Part shown: piece after piece, positions 29,499-41,282 of the stretch
How positions within the stretch are numbered: position 1 is the first letter of the stretch
Layout of the letters: every line of letters starts with the position of its first letter
Assembly: GCF_009914755.1 (NCBI RefSeq)
Contig: NC_060933.1
Length of the DNA: 64,000 nt
Strand: one strand, 5' to 3'
Origin: the human T2T-CHM13v2.0 reference genome, Homo sapiens
Notes under the pieces: generated by a model
Told to the model about the DNA's origin: nothing
The model's input: only the letters and a program-made list of their open reading frames with translations
Databases searched by the model: none
Translations under genes and position numbers: made by a program

Positions 29499-31442
29499 CT
29501 TGACATTGGTAGGGTTTCCTAAAGTCTGGCTGGATCACAGTCAATAAGATTTTCCATTCTGGTAACAGGAGAATTACTACTGTATTGTACTTCATGAAGA
29601 AGAGCCAAACCATTTGATGCCTGATCCTTCAGTGGCATGTCTGATTTTTTTTAATATATACAAATTATGATCCTCACTAACTTCCAACCCAGAAGATCAC
29701 CAACCTCTACATGGGGATGGGTAGCTTGGATGCCAATAGGCAGGGCCAATTTTTCAAAAGAATAGGAAAAGAAAAAAAAATGTGCTTAAACATGTAAACA
29801 AGGACTTGGTGAGGACCCAAGCCTTCTATTGTGCAGGATTTGAAAGAGAGGATTTGACTGGGACAAATTTCAGGACAATGAAGGTATTTTATTCAGCCAA
29901 CTAGTCCTTGAAGAAAGTTCAGTATGAATCCATGGAATGCCTGACTTTGGGTAAACTGTCTCCTGCTGAGCCTCATTTGCATGATTAGTGGTAAAAATGT
30001 AATCTTACTACTTTCTCCAATGTTGAAAGGAATATTTCGATGTAAACTTTTAGAAAGCATTCATAGCTTAGGCTTACTCTACAAATGTTAGGTGAACATG
30101 GGACAAAAAATTATATTTCACAATAAAATAAAACAAGATATGTTAATTACCACAACGAAATGCTTGTATGTAAAACTCACTCTCCAAAAACGGGTTATAA
30201 ATTCTATCAACAATGGCTAAAACCAAAAAATAAAGGCCGATTGGATCAAAAGTTAATCTTGAAAATAAAATGTAAAATTAAAAGGGAAAGAAAGTCAAAG
30301 CATTAAAGCTTATTTTTGTTGTTTTTTCTTAATATGAACTAACAGTTTTGCAGGTATTAGTTCCTTAAAGTTGTCTTCCAAGCAGTCTATATGATTTGAA
30401 GAAATATAGACGTGATTGATCAATTTAAAAGTTACTTTCTCCTTATAGCAAGTGCCAATAATCTATAATTATATTATTTTTTCTTCCTATCCAGTATCTA
30501 GTATTTCTGTTTCGCTTGATGTGGCAATGGAAGTAGAAATTATACTTTTGGCTGGTGGCATCATTTAACCTGAAAGCCCAACCATAGAGAACATTCATGT
30601 GGTGGTCAGTATAAATTTGAGGATCTTGGAGAAAAGTGACAATATGAGGATTTTAGACATTTAGAGAAGACTGAATCATGTAAAGGAGATTTCAAGTTGG
30701 AGATCTCATTCGTTTTATATGACAGCTGTCTTTGACCAGGTTAAAACAAAAACACTTTTGCTCTTTTCTAAGATCAATCTCCATGAAGACATATTTACCC
30801 TTTCACAAGAAATAACCTCATATTTGCACCCTCATTGTCTTATAAAGATACAAATAAATATGCATATTTACAGTTTTACCTATTTACAAAGGGATTTCAA
30901 ACTGAAATGTTGCTTCTGTTCTTTGAAAAACCATTATATAAGCCTGGACAATCAGATACAGCTTGCCTACCTCAGAATTCCATATACAAGAGACTCCCCA
31001 TAACACTGAGACAATAACATAGTTAGTTGTTTTGGTCTGTAATATACTCTTATGGGAATTTCCTTGATATTTATGCTCCACTTTATAAAATTTATGGAAG
31101 ATAGGGCAAGAGAAATTGAGAGGAAATGCAACACACTGGTACAATTAGGTATTTTTTCTTTTTAATTTTTTCTCCTTATGTCCTCATGGACCTAACTAAA
31201 TGTCATCTTTATTGCCTGACTTTGAATCTGCTAATGTTTATTACTAATATTGCAAAATATTATTATATTATTAGTATTAAAAATATCCTGTACTCTAGGC
31301 TTTCAATGATGTAAAGTCATCTTTACTACATGTCAATAGTACAAGAGAAAATAGTTTAAGCAGGTTATAAATTCATTTACAGAATAGGATAAAAGACTGT
31401 TTGATAACTTATACAGAAAAAATTGTTGAGGTCTTAGTATAC

Positions 31443-31715
31443 TGTGGGAAAGATCGGCAATACTCACCAGATATTCTGTGTGGTCCCCTATGCTTCCCTT
31501 TTACCCTCTCACTTAAGTTGTAGCAATAAACTACTTTCAACCAGAACATATGTCACTCTGGGGTTAAGGCAGTTGAGAATCAGCGTATATCCACCATACT
31601 CTTTTTCCCTTGGATACCATCTGCTCCTGGCATCAGAGCTGAGGCGGAGGTGGGAGACTTTATTACGTTAAGGCACTGACACTTCAGAGTATATGCATTA
31701 CTTAAACAATTCAAT
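31443..31715 (+). mobile_element. Old MLT1 (MLT1I/J-like) LTR fragment
   Basis: 'ggcagttgagaatcagcgt...ccaccatactctttttcc', 'ctttattacgttaaggcactgacacttc'. Confidence 0.5.
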
Positions 31716-32239
31716 TTTCATTAACATGTGAACAATATAAACCAAGGAAGATACAGAGAATAAAATGATATATAAGACCAGCAGCAGAAAATGAAGGGAA
31801 TAATACACAAGCTGTCATCTATGAAAGACTTAGGGTCAAAAATCAAAGAAGTCAAAATTTACCACCAGTTCTATTATGTAAGCACGCTAGGAGGTCAGGA
31901 CCTAACTGGTAGAAAAAAGGAAGTGAAGAGTAGGATGATAAATAGAAGAATCGAATAAATTTTCTGGAAATTGCCTGCAATGATGGCACTTTTCACCAGA
32001 GTGGCTTTAGGGTTATGAAAGTGAGTTGGGCTCCTTTTGAGACACAAGCTTAAAAAAATTCAATCATGAGCTGAAGAAGAGGACTAGGAGATTATTCTGC
32101 TATGGAAGCCAGAAAACATGCGCAAATACATAGGAAGTGGACCGCTGGGAGGACATAAAAGACTTAGCTAAGTTTGAAGTTTGACTAAAATGAACATACC
32201 AGAGACATAGAGCATCCAACAAACTGTACATATAACAGA

Positions 32240-32483
32240 ATATATAGAAGCACAGACTCTGGTGCCACTTTAACCAGGTTCGAATCCCAGCTCCCTTATG
32301 AACCCTCTGTGTGAGCTTGGATACGTTTAATCTCTAGCCTTATGTTCATCATCTATAAAATGATATTTCCAACAGTACCTGCATTACAAGGCTGTTATGG
32401 GGACTAAAAGAATTAATTTGCATGAAGCACTAGCACAGTGCCTGGCACACATCAAGTGCCAAGCACGCATTCGCTATTATATT
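32240..32483 (+). mobile_element. MIR (MIRb-like), near full length
   Basis: 'agcacagactctgg...ggttcgaatcccagctc...catctataaaatg...agcactagcacagtgcctggcaca...gctattat'. Confidence 0.9.
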
Positions 32484-34832
32484 CCTATCAATCTTGATAA
32501 AATTACTTTTAAAAAGCCACAAAATTCAGCAGAATACAAATTCTGAACATCAAGTTTTATGACAGTCTACACAAGTATAGCATTAAAACTTAAGAACAAT
32601 TTACTCTGCTTAAGTCATGATTTAGTGTTTTCAGTTGAATGAAGTACTTTCTTAAGTACTGAGGCCCCAGAAATTTAATGTTCTTCATTAAGTTCACAAA
32701 TGACTACTTACAGAAGTCTTTATTTTTTTAAAGGGAGAGAAAGAGGAATGTCTAATTCATTCTGATTTCATGACTTAAATATCTTAAGATCAAAATTTAA
32801 ATCATTGTACTACAGTAGCAATTACTTGGAATAAAATATTACTTAGGTTTGGAAGCTATTACTCAACTTTAGCTCAGTGGTATTAGATATTTTTATTCCA
32901 AATATGGAAAATGTAAGACAGTGATAGATGATTATCTGATCTGATTTCCATGTTGAATTTATAAGATAATTTGACAACAATGAGATCAACATGAATAAAG
33001 CATACATCAAAATAAGGAAGTCCGCAATATGTATTCCATTTTTCATGCACATCAAATTATCCTTGACATAAGAAACTTGAGTTTGTTATTTTTCCCTTCT
33101 ACTATGGTGATTATTCTATTTTAGCATTGTTCATCTTAAAAATCATAACTAGATACTTTAGGAAGCTAAGGGAGGTGGGGGTAAGCATTCCCTCAATTGT
33201 TACAGATTTTATTTATCTTTCCATTAATTAATGATAAGGATGTTTAAGCTCCCAGTTAACAACGAGTAGAAACTGCAGTATCTTATTTAGAAGATGTATC
33301 ATTCAAATTACAAATTGATATAATGAATTCTAATGAATACTTTCCTCCTACATTGAAGCTTAATCCCTATTCAAAGTGGATTAGTTAGTATTTAAATTTA
33401 TCATAGGATCAAGGGTGATTAGCAGCCTATTATAAAAAAAGAATCCCATGAAATTTATGGATCTTTATCACATGCAACACTGAGGGTGAGCTATTTGAAA
33501 AGTTCTGGGGATGGTCCATTCTACTAAAAATCTTGCAAATGGTGCCTTTTCCTGAGGTGTTCTGCAGTAAATGCAACCCGGAAAGAATGAGGTCCACTTG
33601 TACAAAAAAATTGTTCTCTAAGAAATGAAGCAGCTGCATGCTAATGGTTTGCTAAGTTCTTATTATCTGCATTCCCATTGACTGTTCAGCCTCACAATGT
33701 GTGACTCTAAGTCCCCTTTGCTTGAAAGATTCTCTAAGGAGCTTTTGAAAACGTTAAAGCTCCTGAAAGACAGCGAAGTTAGAAGTTTGACTAAAATGAA
33801 TGTACCAGAGATATGGCTTAGTAAAGGAAATTGTCATTTTCCTGTGATTGTGTTTATGCCTTCTCGGGATACATGTAGGAGTGAATCAGATTTGAGGGTA
33901 CATATTGCAAACTCAGAAATATCAGAATAATCACAGTTATAATAACATCCAAATGTCGTACTTGTTTAGAATTACATTCTGTTTTGGGGAATGTAAGCGA
34001 TAAAAATATTGAGGTAGATCAGAAGTGGTTTTCAGTGTCTCGTAAAAAGTCAAAGGTGCCCTGTATAACATCTTTTGTTTCCCTTAATAAACAGAGATAG
34101 AAATATCTTTCCCTGAACTCACAGAAACCCCACACTGTGGTACCTTTAAGTTCAAATAATTTACTAGTTTTTAAAACTAGATCCATCTTTTCTAGAAAAA
34201 CACAAAATATTAATAAGTGTATTTTTAGTAAGTTTGATTGGTATTATTACATGGTAGAAATTCTTTCTCATGATCTTACCCATTTTGTTTGCTTTAGATG
34301 GCTGTTTACGTCTTTTAAATTAGAAAAGCTTTACTCTTCAGGTTGTCAAAACACCTATCTTCCTCTTTGAAACTGAATTTCCTGATTTGAGCTGAAAATT
34401 ATTCCTCTTTCTAGACAAATAGGTCTTACATTTCTTTCTAATACATTGGTTGATTTAAAAATTTTTACTTATGGTGTTACACATATTTTTATTATGAGAA
34501 CCCAAATATAAGCTTTCTTTTTTCCAATTATTCTTACTATTATTGTACCATTTTTATGGGAAAATGTCACAATATAATGGACGGCCTAGAATTTTTATTT
34601 TGCACACATTTTTTAAATGTGATTGCATGTATAGTGTAAGACCTACTCAGTATATACGTTTTTCAACTTACTTTTTCAAAGTCAAATGAATACATCCTTG
34701 CTTAAGATATTAATGAATTGAGACTAAACCTAACTTCTCCTTATGTATGTTCTCAATGAGTTTATAAACATTACCTCCATCTCCTCTTAGCATTTATTCT
34801 GCAACTGCTGGGACACCCACGAATACTATGGA

Positions 34833-35398
34833 GTTTTTTAACATTGGCACTATTGCCATTTTAGACCATGTATTTTAGAGGGGTGTCCTGTGACTTGTGG
34901 AATATTTAGCAGCAGTCCTGGCTTCTACCCACTAGATGCCAGTAGCACCTTTCCAGTTTTGATGATCAAAAACATCATCAGACATTGCCAAATGTCACTC
35001 AGGGGGTGTCTTAGTCTATATTGTGCTGCTATAGCAGAATACCTGAGGCTGGTTAATTTATGAAGGACAGAAATTGTTTGTCTCATAGTTCTTGAGGCTA
35101 AGGAGTTCAAGATCAAAAAGTCAAATATGACGAGGTTCTTCTTGCTCTAACATGTCAAGAGAGAAGGGAGCCAAACTCATCCATTATAAGAACTCCAAAC
35201 TCTCCACACTGAACCCACTCCTACAATAACAGCATTAATTCATTCATGGCGGCAGAGTTCTCATGACATATTCACCTCTTAAAAGTCCCACTTCTCCACA
35301 CTGTTGTATTAGGGATTAAGTTTCCAACACAGATACTATGGGAGAGACATTCAAACCATAGCTGGAAACAAAATAACCCCCAGTTGAAAGTCACTAGT
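34833..35398 (+). mobile_element. MER20 (hAT-Charlie), split by an MST LTR
   Basis: 'ctacccactagatgccagtagcacc...cagacattgccaaatgtc', resuming 'caaaataacccccagttgaaagtcact' after the LTR. Confidence 0.85.
35007..35363 (-). mobile_element. MaLR solo LTR (MST/MLT1A-like)
   Basis: 'tgtcttagtc...gctgctatagcagaatacctgaggctggttaatttat...gacattcaaaccatagc'. Confidence 0.88.
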
Positions 35399-35529
35399 AT
35401 AGCAGTCCAATTACAAAATTGTTTTATGTGTATTATCAAGTGTGATTCAAACATCTTCCACTTAATACAACAGTGCAAAGATTAGTATTCCATTTTGAAG
35501 ATGGACAACTAAAGCTAGTAGAAAGCAAT

Positions 35530-38500
35530 AGCATACTCCACCCAGCAATAACAGAGTCTGCTTTGTTCTCAAGAGCACATGGAACATTCTCCAAGATAGA
35601 CCATATGCTAGGCTATAAAATGAACCTTAATGAATTCAAAAGAATAATATAAACAAAGTATGTACTCTGACCACAATGGAATGAAATTAGAAACCAATAG
35701 CAGTAAAAACATTGGAAGACTAACAAATGTGTGGAAGTTAAACAATGCACATAAATATCCAATGGGTCAAGAAAAAAATCAAGAGGAAAATAAAATATTT
35801 TGAGTAAATAAAAATAAAAGCACAGCATATCAAAAATTATGAGATGCAGGTAAAGCAGTGCTTAAAGGAAAATGTCTGGCTATAAATGCCTATTTTAAGA
35901 AAGAAGAATGATCTCAAATAAAAAACTTACACCAAGACAAGAAAAAGAAGAGTAAATCATACCTAAAGCAAGAAATTTTAAAGGGACATAATAAAGATAA
36001 AAGTAGAAGAATGAAATAAAGAAGAGACAAAAAATTGAGAAATCCAATAAAACCAAAGTTTGGTTGTTTGAAAAGATCAGCAAAATTGAGTGACTTTTAG
36101 CTAGATTCACACATACACACACACACATGCACACACACACAGAAAGAGAGAGAGAGAGAGAGAGAGAACAGACTCAAATTACAAGAATCAGAAATGAAAA
36201 GGAGATATTACTACTGACTTTATAGAAATAAAATGGATTATAAAGGAATATATGAATAATTCTATGCCAGCTAATTAGATAACAGATGAAATGGACAAAT
36301 TCTTAGAAAGATGAAAATCACTAAAACGAGCTCAAGAAGAAATAGACAATCTGAATGGACTTATAGCAAGTGAAGAGCCTGAATTGGTAATCAAAAACAA
36401 CCCACAAAGAAAAGCCCTGGCCAAGATGGTAAATTCCATTTACCATTTATTTGGTATTACCATTTTACTTGGTATTACCCTTTCACTTGGTATTACTGGT
36501 AAATGTTATTAACATTTATTTGGTATTACCATTTTGGGATGGTAAATTCCAAAAAAAAAAAAAAAATTCTTGAAGAAGAAGTAATGCTAATTATGTACCA
36601 ACTCTTCCAAAAAATAGAAGAGGAGAAGACACTTCTTAATTCATTTTACAAACCCCGTATGACTCTGATAGCAAAACCAAATTACAAGAAAGGAAAACTA
36701 TAGACCAAGAATTCTTAGAATAGGGATGCAAAAATCCGAATAAAATACTAGCAAACTAGATCTGGCATATAAAGAGAATTGTAAACCATGACCAAGTGGA
36801 ATTTATTCCCTCAATGCAAGGTTGATTTAATATCAAAAAATAAGTTAATGCAGTGTATAGCATACCTGTTAGAATAGAGAAGAAAAATAAAATGATTACC
36901 TCATAGATGCAGAAAAAGCACTTGATTAAAAACACTAGCACCTTTTCATGATAAAAACACTCAGCAAACTAAGAAGAGAACATCCTCAGCTGATAAAGGG
37001 CATTTACCAAAAACCTCACAGGAAAAACATTTAATGGTGAAAGACTGGAGGTTTCCCATAAGATCAGGAATAAAACACAGACGTTCACTGTCATCACTTC
37101 TATTCAATATTGTTTTGGAGGTTTTAGCCAAAGTAATTAAGCAAGAAAATGAAATGAAAATGAAATGTTCATTCACTCGACATCATGGAACCCAATGTTC
37201 CGTAAACATTGGAAAGGAAGAAGTAAAACTCTCTCTATTCTCAGAAGATATAATCTTATTGATAAAAAACCTTAGGGTATCTACTAAAAGAAAGAAAAAC
37301 CAAAAAAGAGTTTAGAGTGTTTGCAGGATACCAGAAGAAAATTACAACAAAAAATTATATTTTTGTTGTAATTTTTACTTACAGTAAAAATTTCTGAACA
37401 TGAAGAGAAAGTTTCATTGACAATAGCATCGAAATGGATGAAATACATAAAAATAAAATTAACAAAATACATACAGAACTTATACTCTGAAAACTACAAA
37501 ATATTGTTAAAATAAAATAAATTAAAGAAGATGTAAATAAATGGAAAATCATTACATATTCATGGATGGGAAGAGTTGACAGTGTTAGGATGTTAATACT
37601 CCCCAGACTGATCTATAAATTAGATGTAATCCTATCTGAATTTCAGCTGACTCATAGAAATTGGCAAGCTGATTCAAAAATTCACATGGAACTGCGAGGG
37701 ACCCCAAGTCCAAAAACAATCTTGAAAAGGGAGAACAAAGTAAGAACACTCACACATCACAGTTTCAAAATTTAGTATAAAGCAGTGATAATCAAGATAG
37801 CATATATTGGCAAAAGGATAGACATACAGACCAACAGAATAGAGTTGAGTCCAGAAACAAACCCTTCCATCTATTAATTTCAACAAATGGTTCTGAAATA
37901 ATTAGATAACCACATGCAAAAGACTGAAGATGGACTTTTAACCTATACCATTACTAAAATTATCTCAAAAGGTATCAAACACCTAAACAAAAGAGCTAAA
38001 GCTATAGAATTCTCAGAGGAAAATACAAGAGTAAATCTTCATGATTTTGAATTTGGCAAAGAGTTCTCAGATGTCACACAAAAAGCATAAGCATCAAAAG
38101 AAAAAACAGATAAATTGAACTTCATCTGATTAATAGCTTCTATGCTTAAAGGATAGCATCAAGAACATGGAAAATACAGAATGGGGGAAAACTGTAAATC
38201 ATATATGTGATAAAGAACGTGTATTTAGAATATATAAAGAATTCCTACAACTCAATAATAAAAAATAAATAAACCAATTAACAAGTGGGAGGAGGATGTG
38301 AATAGAAATTTCTCCAGGGAAGATATAAAATTGGTCAATAAGCACAAAAAAGGATACTCATCACCATTAGTTGTCAGAAAAAAATGCAAAGCAAAAACAC
38401 AAGGAAATACCATTACATACACACTATGGTGACTAAATCAAAAAGTCAAATAATGACTAGTGTTGATGAGGATGTAGAAAAATCAGAACTCTCATACACT

Positions 38501-39145
38501 GCTAGTAGGAACGCAAAATGGTGCTGCCACTTTGGAAAACAGTCTGGCAGTTCCCCAGATAATTAAACATAGAGTTGCCATATGACCCATTATATTCCAC
38601 TCCCAAAGAAATGAAAATATATATCCACACAAAAACTTATGCACAAATGTTTATAGCAACATTATTAATAATAGCCAAAAGGCAAAACCAATCCAAATAT
38701 CCATTATCTGATGAATGGATAAATGAAATGTTCATACAATAGAATATTAATTGGCCGTAAGAAAGACTGAAGTACTGTTACATGCTACAACTTGAATCGA
38801 CCTTAAAAAATACATATTTAAGTGAAAGAAGGCAGTTGCAAAAGACCACTTATTATATGATTCATTCATATGAAAGTCCAAAATAGGAAAATCTATAGAT
38901 ACAGAAAGTAGAGTAGAAAGTCCAAAATAGGGAAATCTATAGATACAAAAAGTAAATTAGTGGTTGCTTAGGGCTGGCAGGGATGGGAGATGAGGAGTGA
39001 TGGATAGGGATTCTTTTCAAAGTGATAAAAAATCTTCTAAAGTTGACTGTGGTGATTGTTGCATATATCTGTGAATATACTAAAAGCAACACCTTGAATG
39101 GGTCACTAGAATAGTAAATGAACTATATCTCAATAAAGTTGTTAA
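35530..39145 (+). mobile_element. L1MB-like ORF2 (EN to RT to C-terminus) + 3'UTR, decayed
   Basis: EN motif 'gcacatggaacattctccaagatagaccatatgctagg' (AHGTFSKIDHML); ORF 37034-37315 FPIRSG..SLLFNIVLEVLAKVIKQE is L1 RT; 3' end 'gaactatatctcaataaagttgtt'. Confidence 0.93.
36107..36167. repeat. (CA)n(GA)n compound microsatellite inside L1
   Basis: Direct reading. Confidence 0.9.
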
Positions 39146-39348
39146 GATAATGGAGTGTTTCTTTTTTTTTCTTGAATGTCTTTGGTTTTGGATTTTTAAA
39201 AATAGAGTGTCTCCTGTTTTTCCTCTAATAATGTTACTGAATATGCTCAGTAATCTGCTTACCCTTAAAACCAAAAGAAATTCATAGAATTGTTTACAAT
39301 GTTTTCACGCTGTTCTTTACCTGAAATGGTTAGCTATAAGCTCATTAA

Positions 39349-39637
39349 TTTTTTTTTTTAGACGATTCTCACTCTGTCACCCAGGCTGGAGTGCAGTGGC
39401 ACCATCTTAGTTCATTGTAACATCTGCCTCATGGGTTAAAGCAATTCTCCTGACTCAGCTTCCCGAGTAGCTGGGATTACAGGTGTGTGCCACCATGCCT
39501 GACTAATTTTTGTATTTTAGTAGAGATGGGGTTTCACCATGTTGGCCAGGCTTGTCTTTAACTCCTGACCTCAAGTGAGCAACCTGCCTCTGCCTCCCAA
39601 AGTGCTGGGATTACAGGTGTGGCCCCCATGTCCAGAC
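39349..39637 (-). mobile_element. Alu (older S-type), antisense
   Basis: poly-T, 'ctcactctgtcacccaggctggagtgcagtgg...aaagtgctgggattacagg'; TSD remnants taagctcattaat / taagcttactaat. Confidence 0.95.
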
Positions 39638-40127
39638 TAAGCTTACTAATATTTATTCTACTTTTCCCCAGAGTAAAACATGTTTACTGGTTTTCTCCCA
39701 TTTGTTCAACAACTTTGCATCAGTGACTGTGCTAGGTGTTGGGAATATAATTATAAGACACAAGATAATTTCCCTCAAGATTTCATTTTAGCAAAATGAA
39801 GGATGGGTGAGATTTATACAGGTAAAAGGATCACTGAACAGGGATTGGGGCTGCAGAGAAAGTTTCAAACACAGCAAGCAGTAGGTGCAAAGTTTCTGGG
39901 GCAAGAGAAAGAAAACATGTAAGAAAGACTTAAAGTGGGTTTATACGCTGAGATACAGTGTTTAGGATGGTAATCATATTTATCAATGAGATTAGAGAAG
40001 CTTATCAAGAGCAAGCATGTTATATGCTAATGAGGAGTCAGGTAGGATAAAGACTGAAAAGTGTCCATTGGGTTTGGCAACAAAATAAATGTTGGTGGCC
40101 TTGATAAGAGAAATTCTAGTTGATTTT

Positions 40128-40640
40128 TGTGATGGTTAATTTTATGTGTCAACTTGGCTGGGCCACAGGGTGCCCAGATATTTGTTCAAACATTATGGGT
40201 GTGTCTGTGAGGGTGTTTCTGATGAGATTAACATTTGAATTGGTAGACTGATTAAATCAGATTGACTTTACTAATGTGGATGGGCCTCATCTAATCTGTT
40301 GGAGGCCTAAATAAAACAAAAAGTCTGAATAAAAGAAAATTCATTTTTCCTGACTGCCTTGAGCTGGGATGTCAGTGGCCATTTTCCCCCTTCCTTCAGA
40401 TGTGAACTGAGATACTGGCTCTTTCAGGGTCTGGAGCCTCCTGGCTTTCAGAATGGAACCACATCATTGGCTCTCCTGATTCTCAGACTTTTGAACTGGG
40501 ACTGGAACTACACCATTGGATTTTCTGGCTTATCAGATCGCAGATCTTAGGACTTCTCAACCTCCATAATCAGGTGAGCCAATTCCTTGTAATAAATCTC
40601 TTTATATGTGTAGATACGTATATTAGATAGAGAGATAGAT

Positions 40641-40685
<45 letters not shown>

Positions 40686-40727
40686 CTACTACTGGTTCTG
40701 TTTCTGTGGAGAAGCTTGAGTGATAAA
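40128..40727 (+). mobile_element. MLT2 (MLT2D-like) ERVL solo LTR
   Basis: Canonical start 'tgtgatggttaattttatgtgtcaacttggctgggccac' and end 'ctactggttctgtttctgtggagaa'. Confidence 0.92.
40625..40686. repeat. (GATA)n tetranucleotide STR inside MLT2
   Basis: Direct reading. Confidence 0.95.
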
Positions 40728-40794
40728 ACTGTTAAAAAGTAAAAGCTTTATTTCACAGATTATAGAATTAATAGGAAGTAAAACAGTAAATTCA

Positions 40795-41282
40795 ATGCCT
40801 GTATTGCTGCTATAACAAATTGCCACAAACAGTGACTTAATACAACACATATTTATCATCTTACAGTTCTGGAGGTCAGAAGTTGGCAAGGAGTCTACCT
40901 GGGCTAAATTCAGGGTGTTAGTAAAGCTGTGTTTCTTTCTGGAAGCTGTAAGGGAGAATCATTTTCTTGCCTTCTCCAGCTTCTTGAAGTTGCCTGCATT
41001 CCTTGGCTCATGGTGCTCTTCTGTCATCAAAACCAGCAGTAGTTGTGAAGTCTTGGTCATCACATCACTCTGACCCTGACTTTTCTTCCTCCCTCTTCTG
41101 AGTTTAAGAAACCCTTGTGATTACATTGGGCCACCTGGATAACACAGGATAATTGCCTTATCTTAAAGTCAGCTGATTTGCAACTTCAATTTCATCTACA
41201 ACCTTAATGTAAAATAATATATTACCCATTTTGGGGATTAGGACACAGATATCTTTAGAGAACGATTATCCTGCCTACCATA
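40795..41282 (-). mobile_element. MLT1 (MLT1D-like) solo LTR
   Basis: 'tattgctgctataacaaattgccacaaac...cttacagttctggaggtcagaag...ccttgtgattacattgggcc...tcctgcctacca'. Confidence 0.88.

Noticed and set aside
32275-32295. tRNA B-box-like ggttcgaatccc
   Set aside because: It is the tRNA-derived head of a MIR; no cloverleaf
37034-37315. Reverse-transcriptase-like ORF (and ORF2 C-terminal ORF 44353-44625)
   Set aside because: Remnants of dead L1 ORF2 with many stops and frameshifts around them
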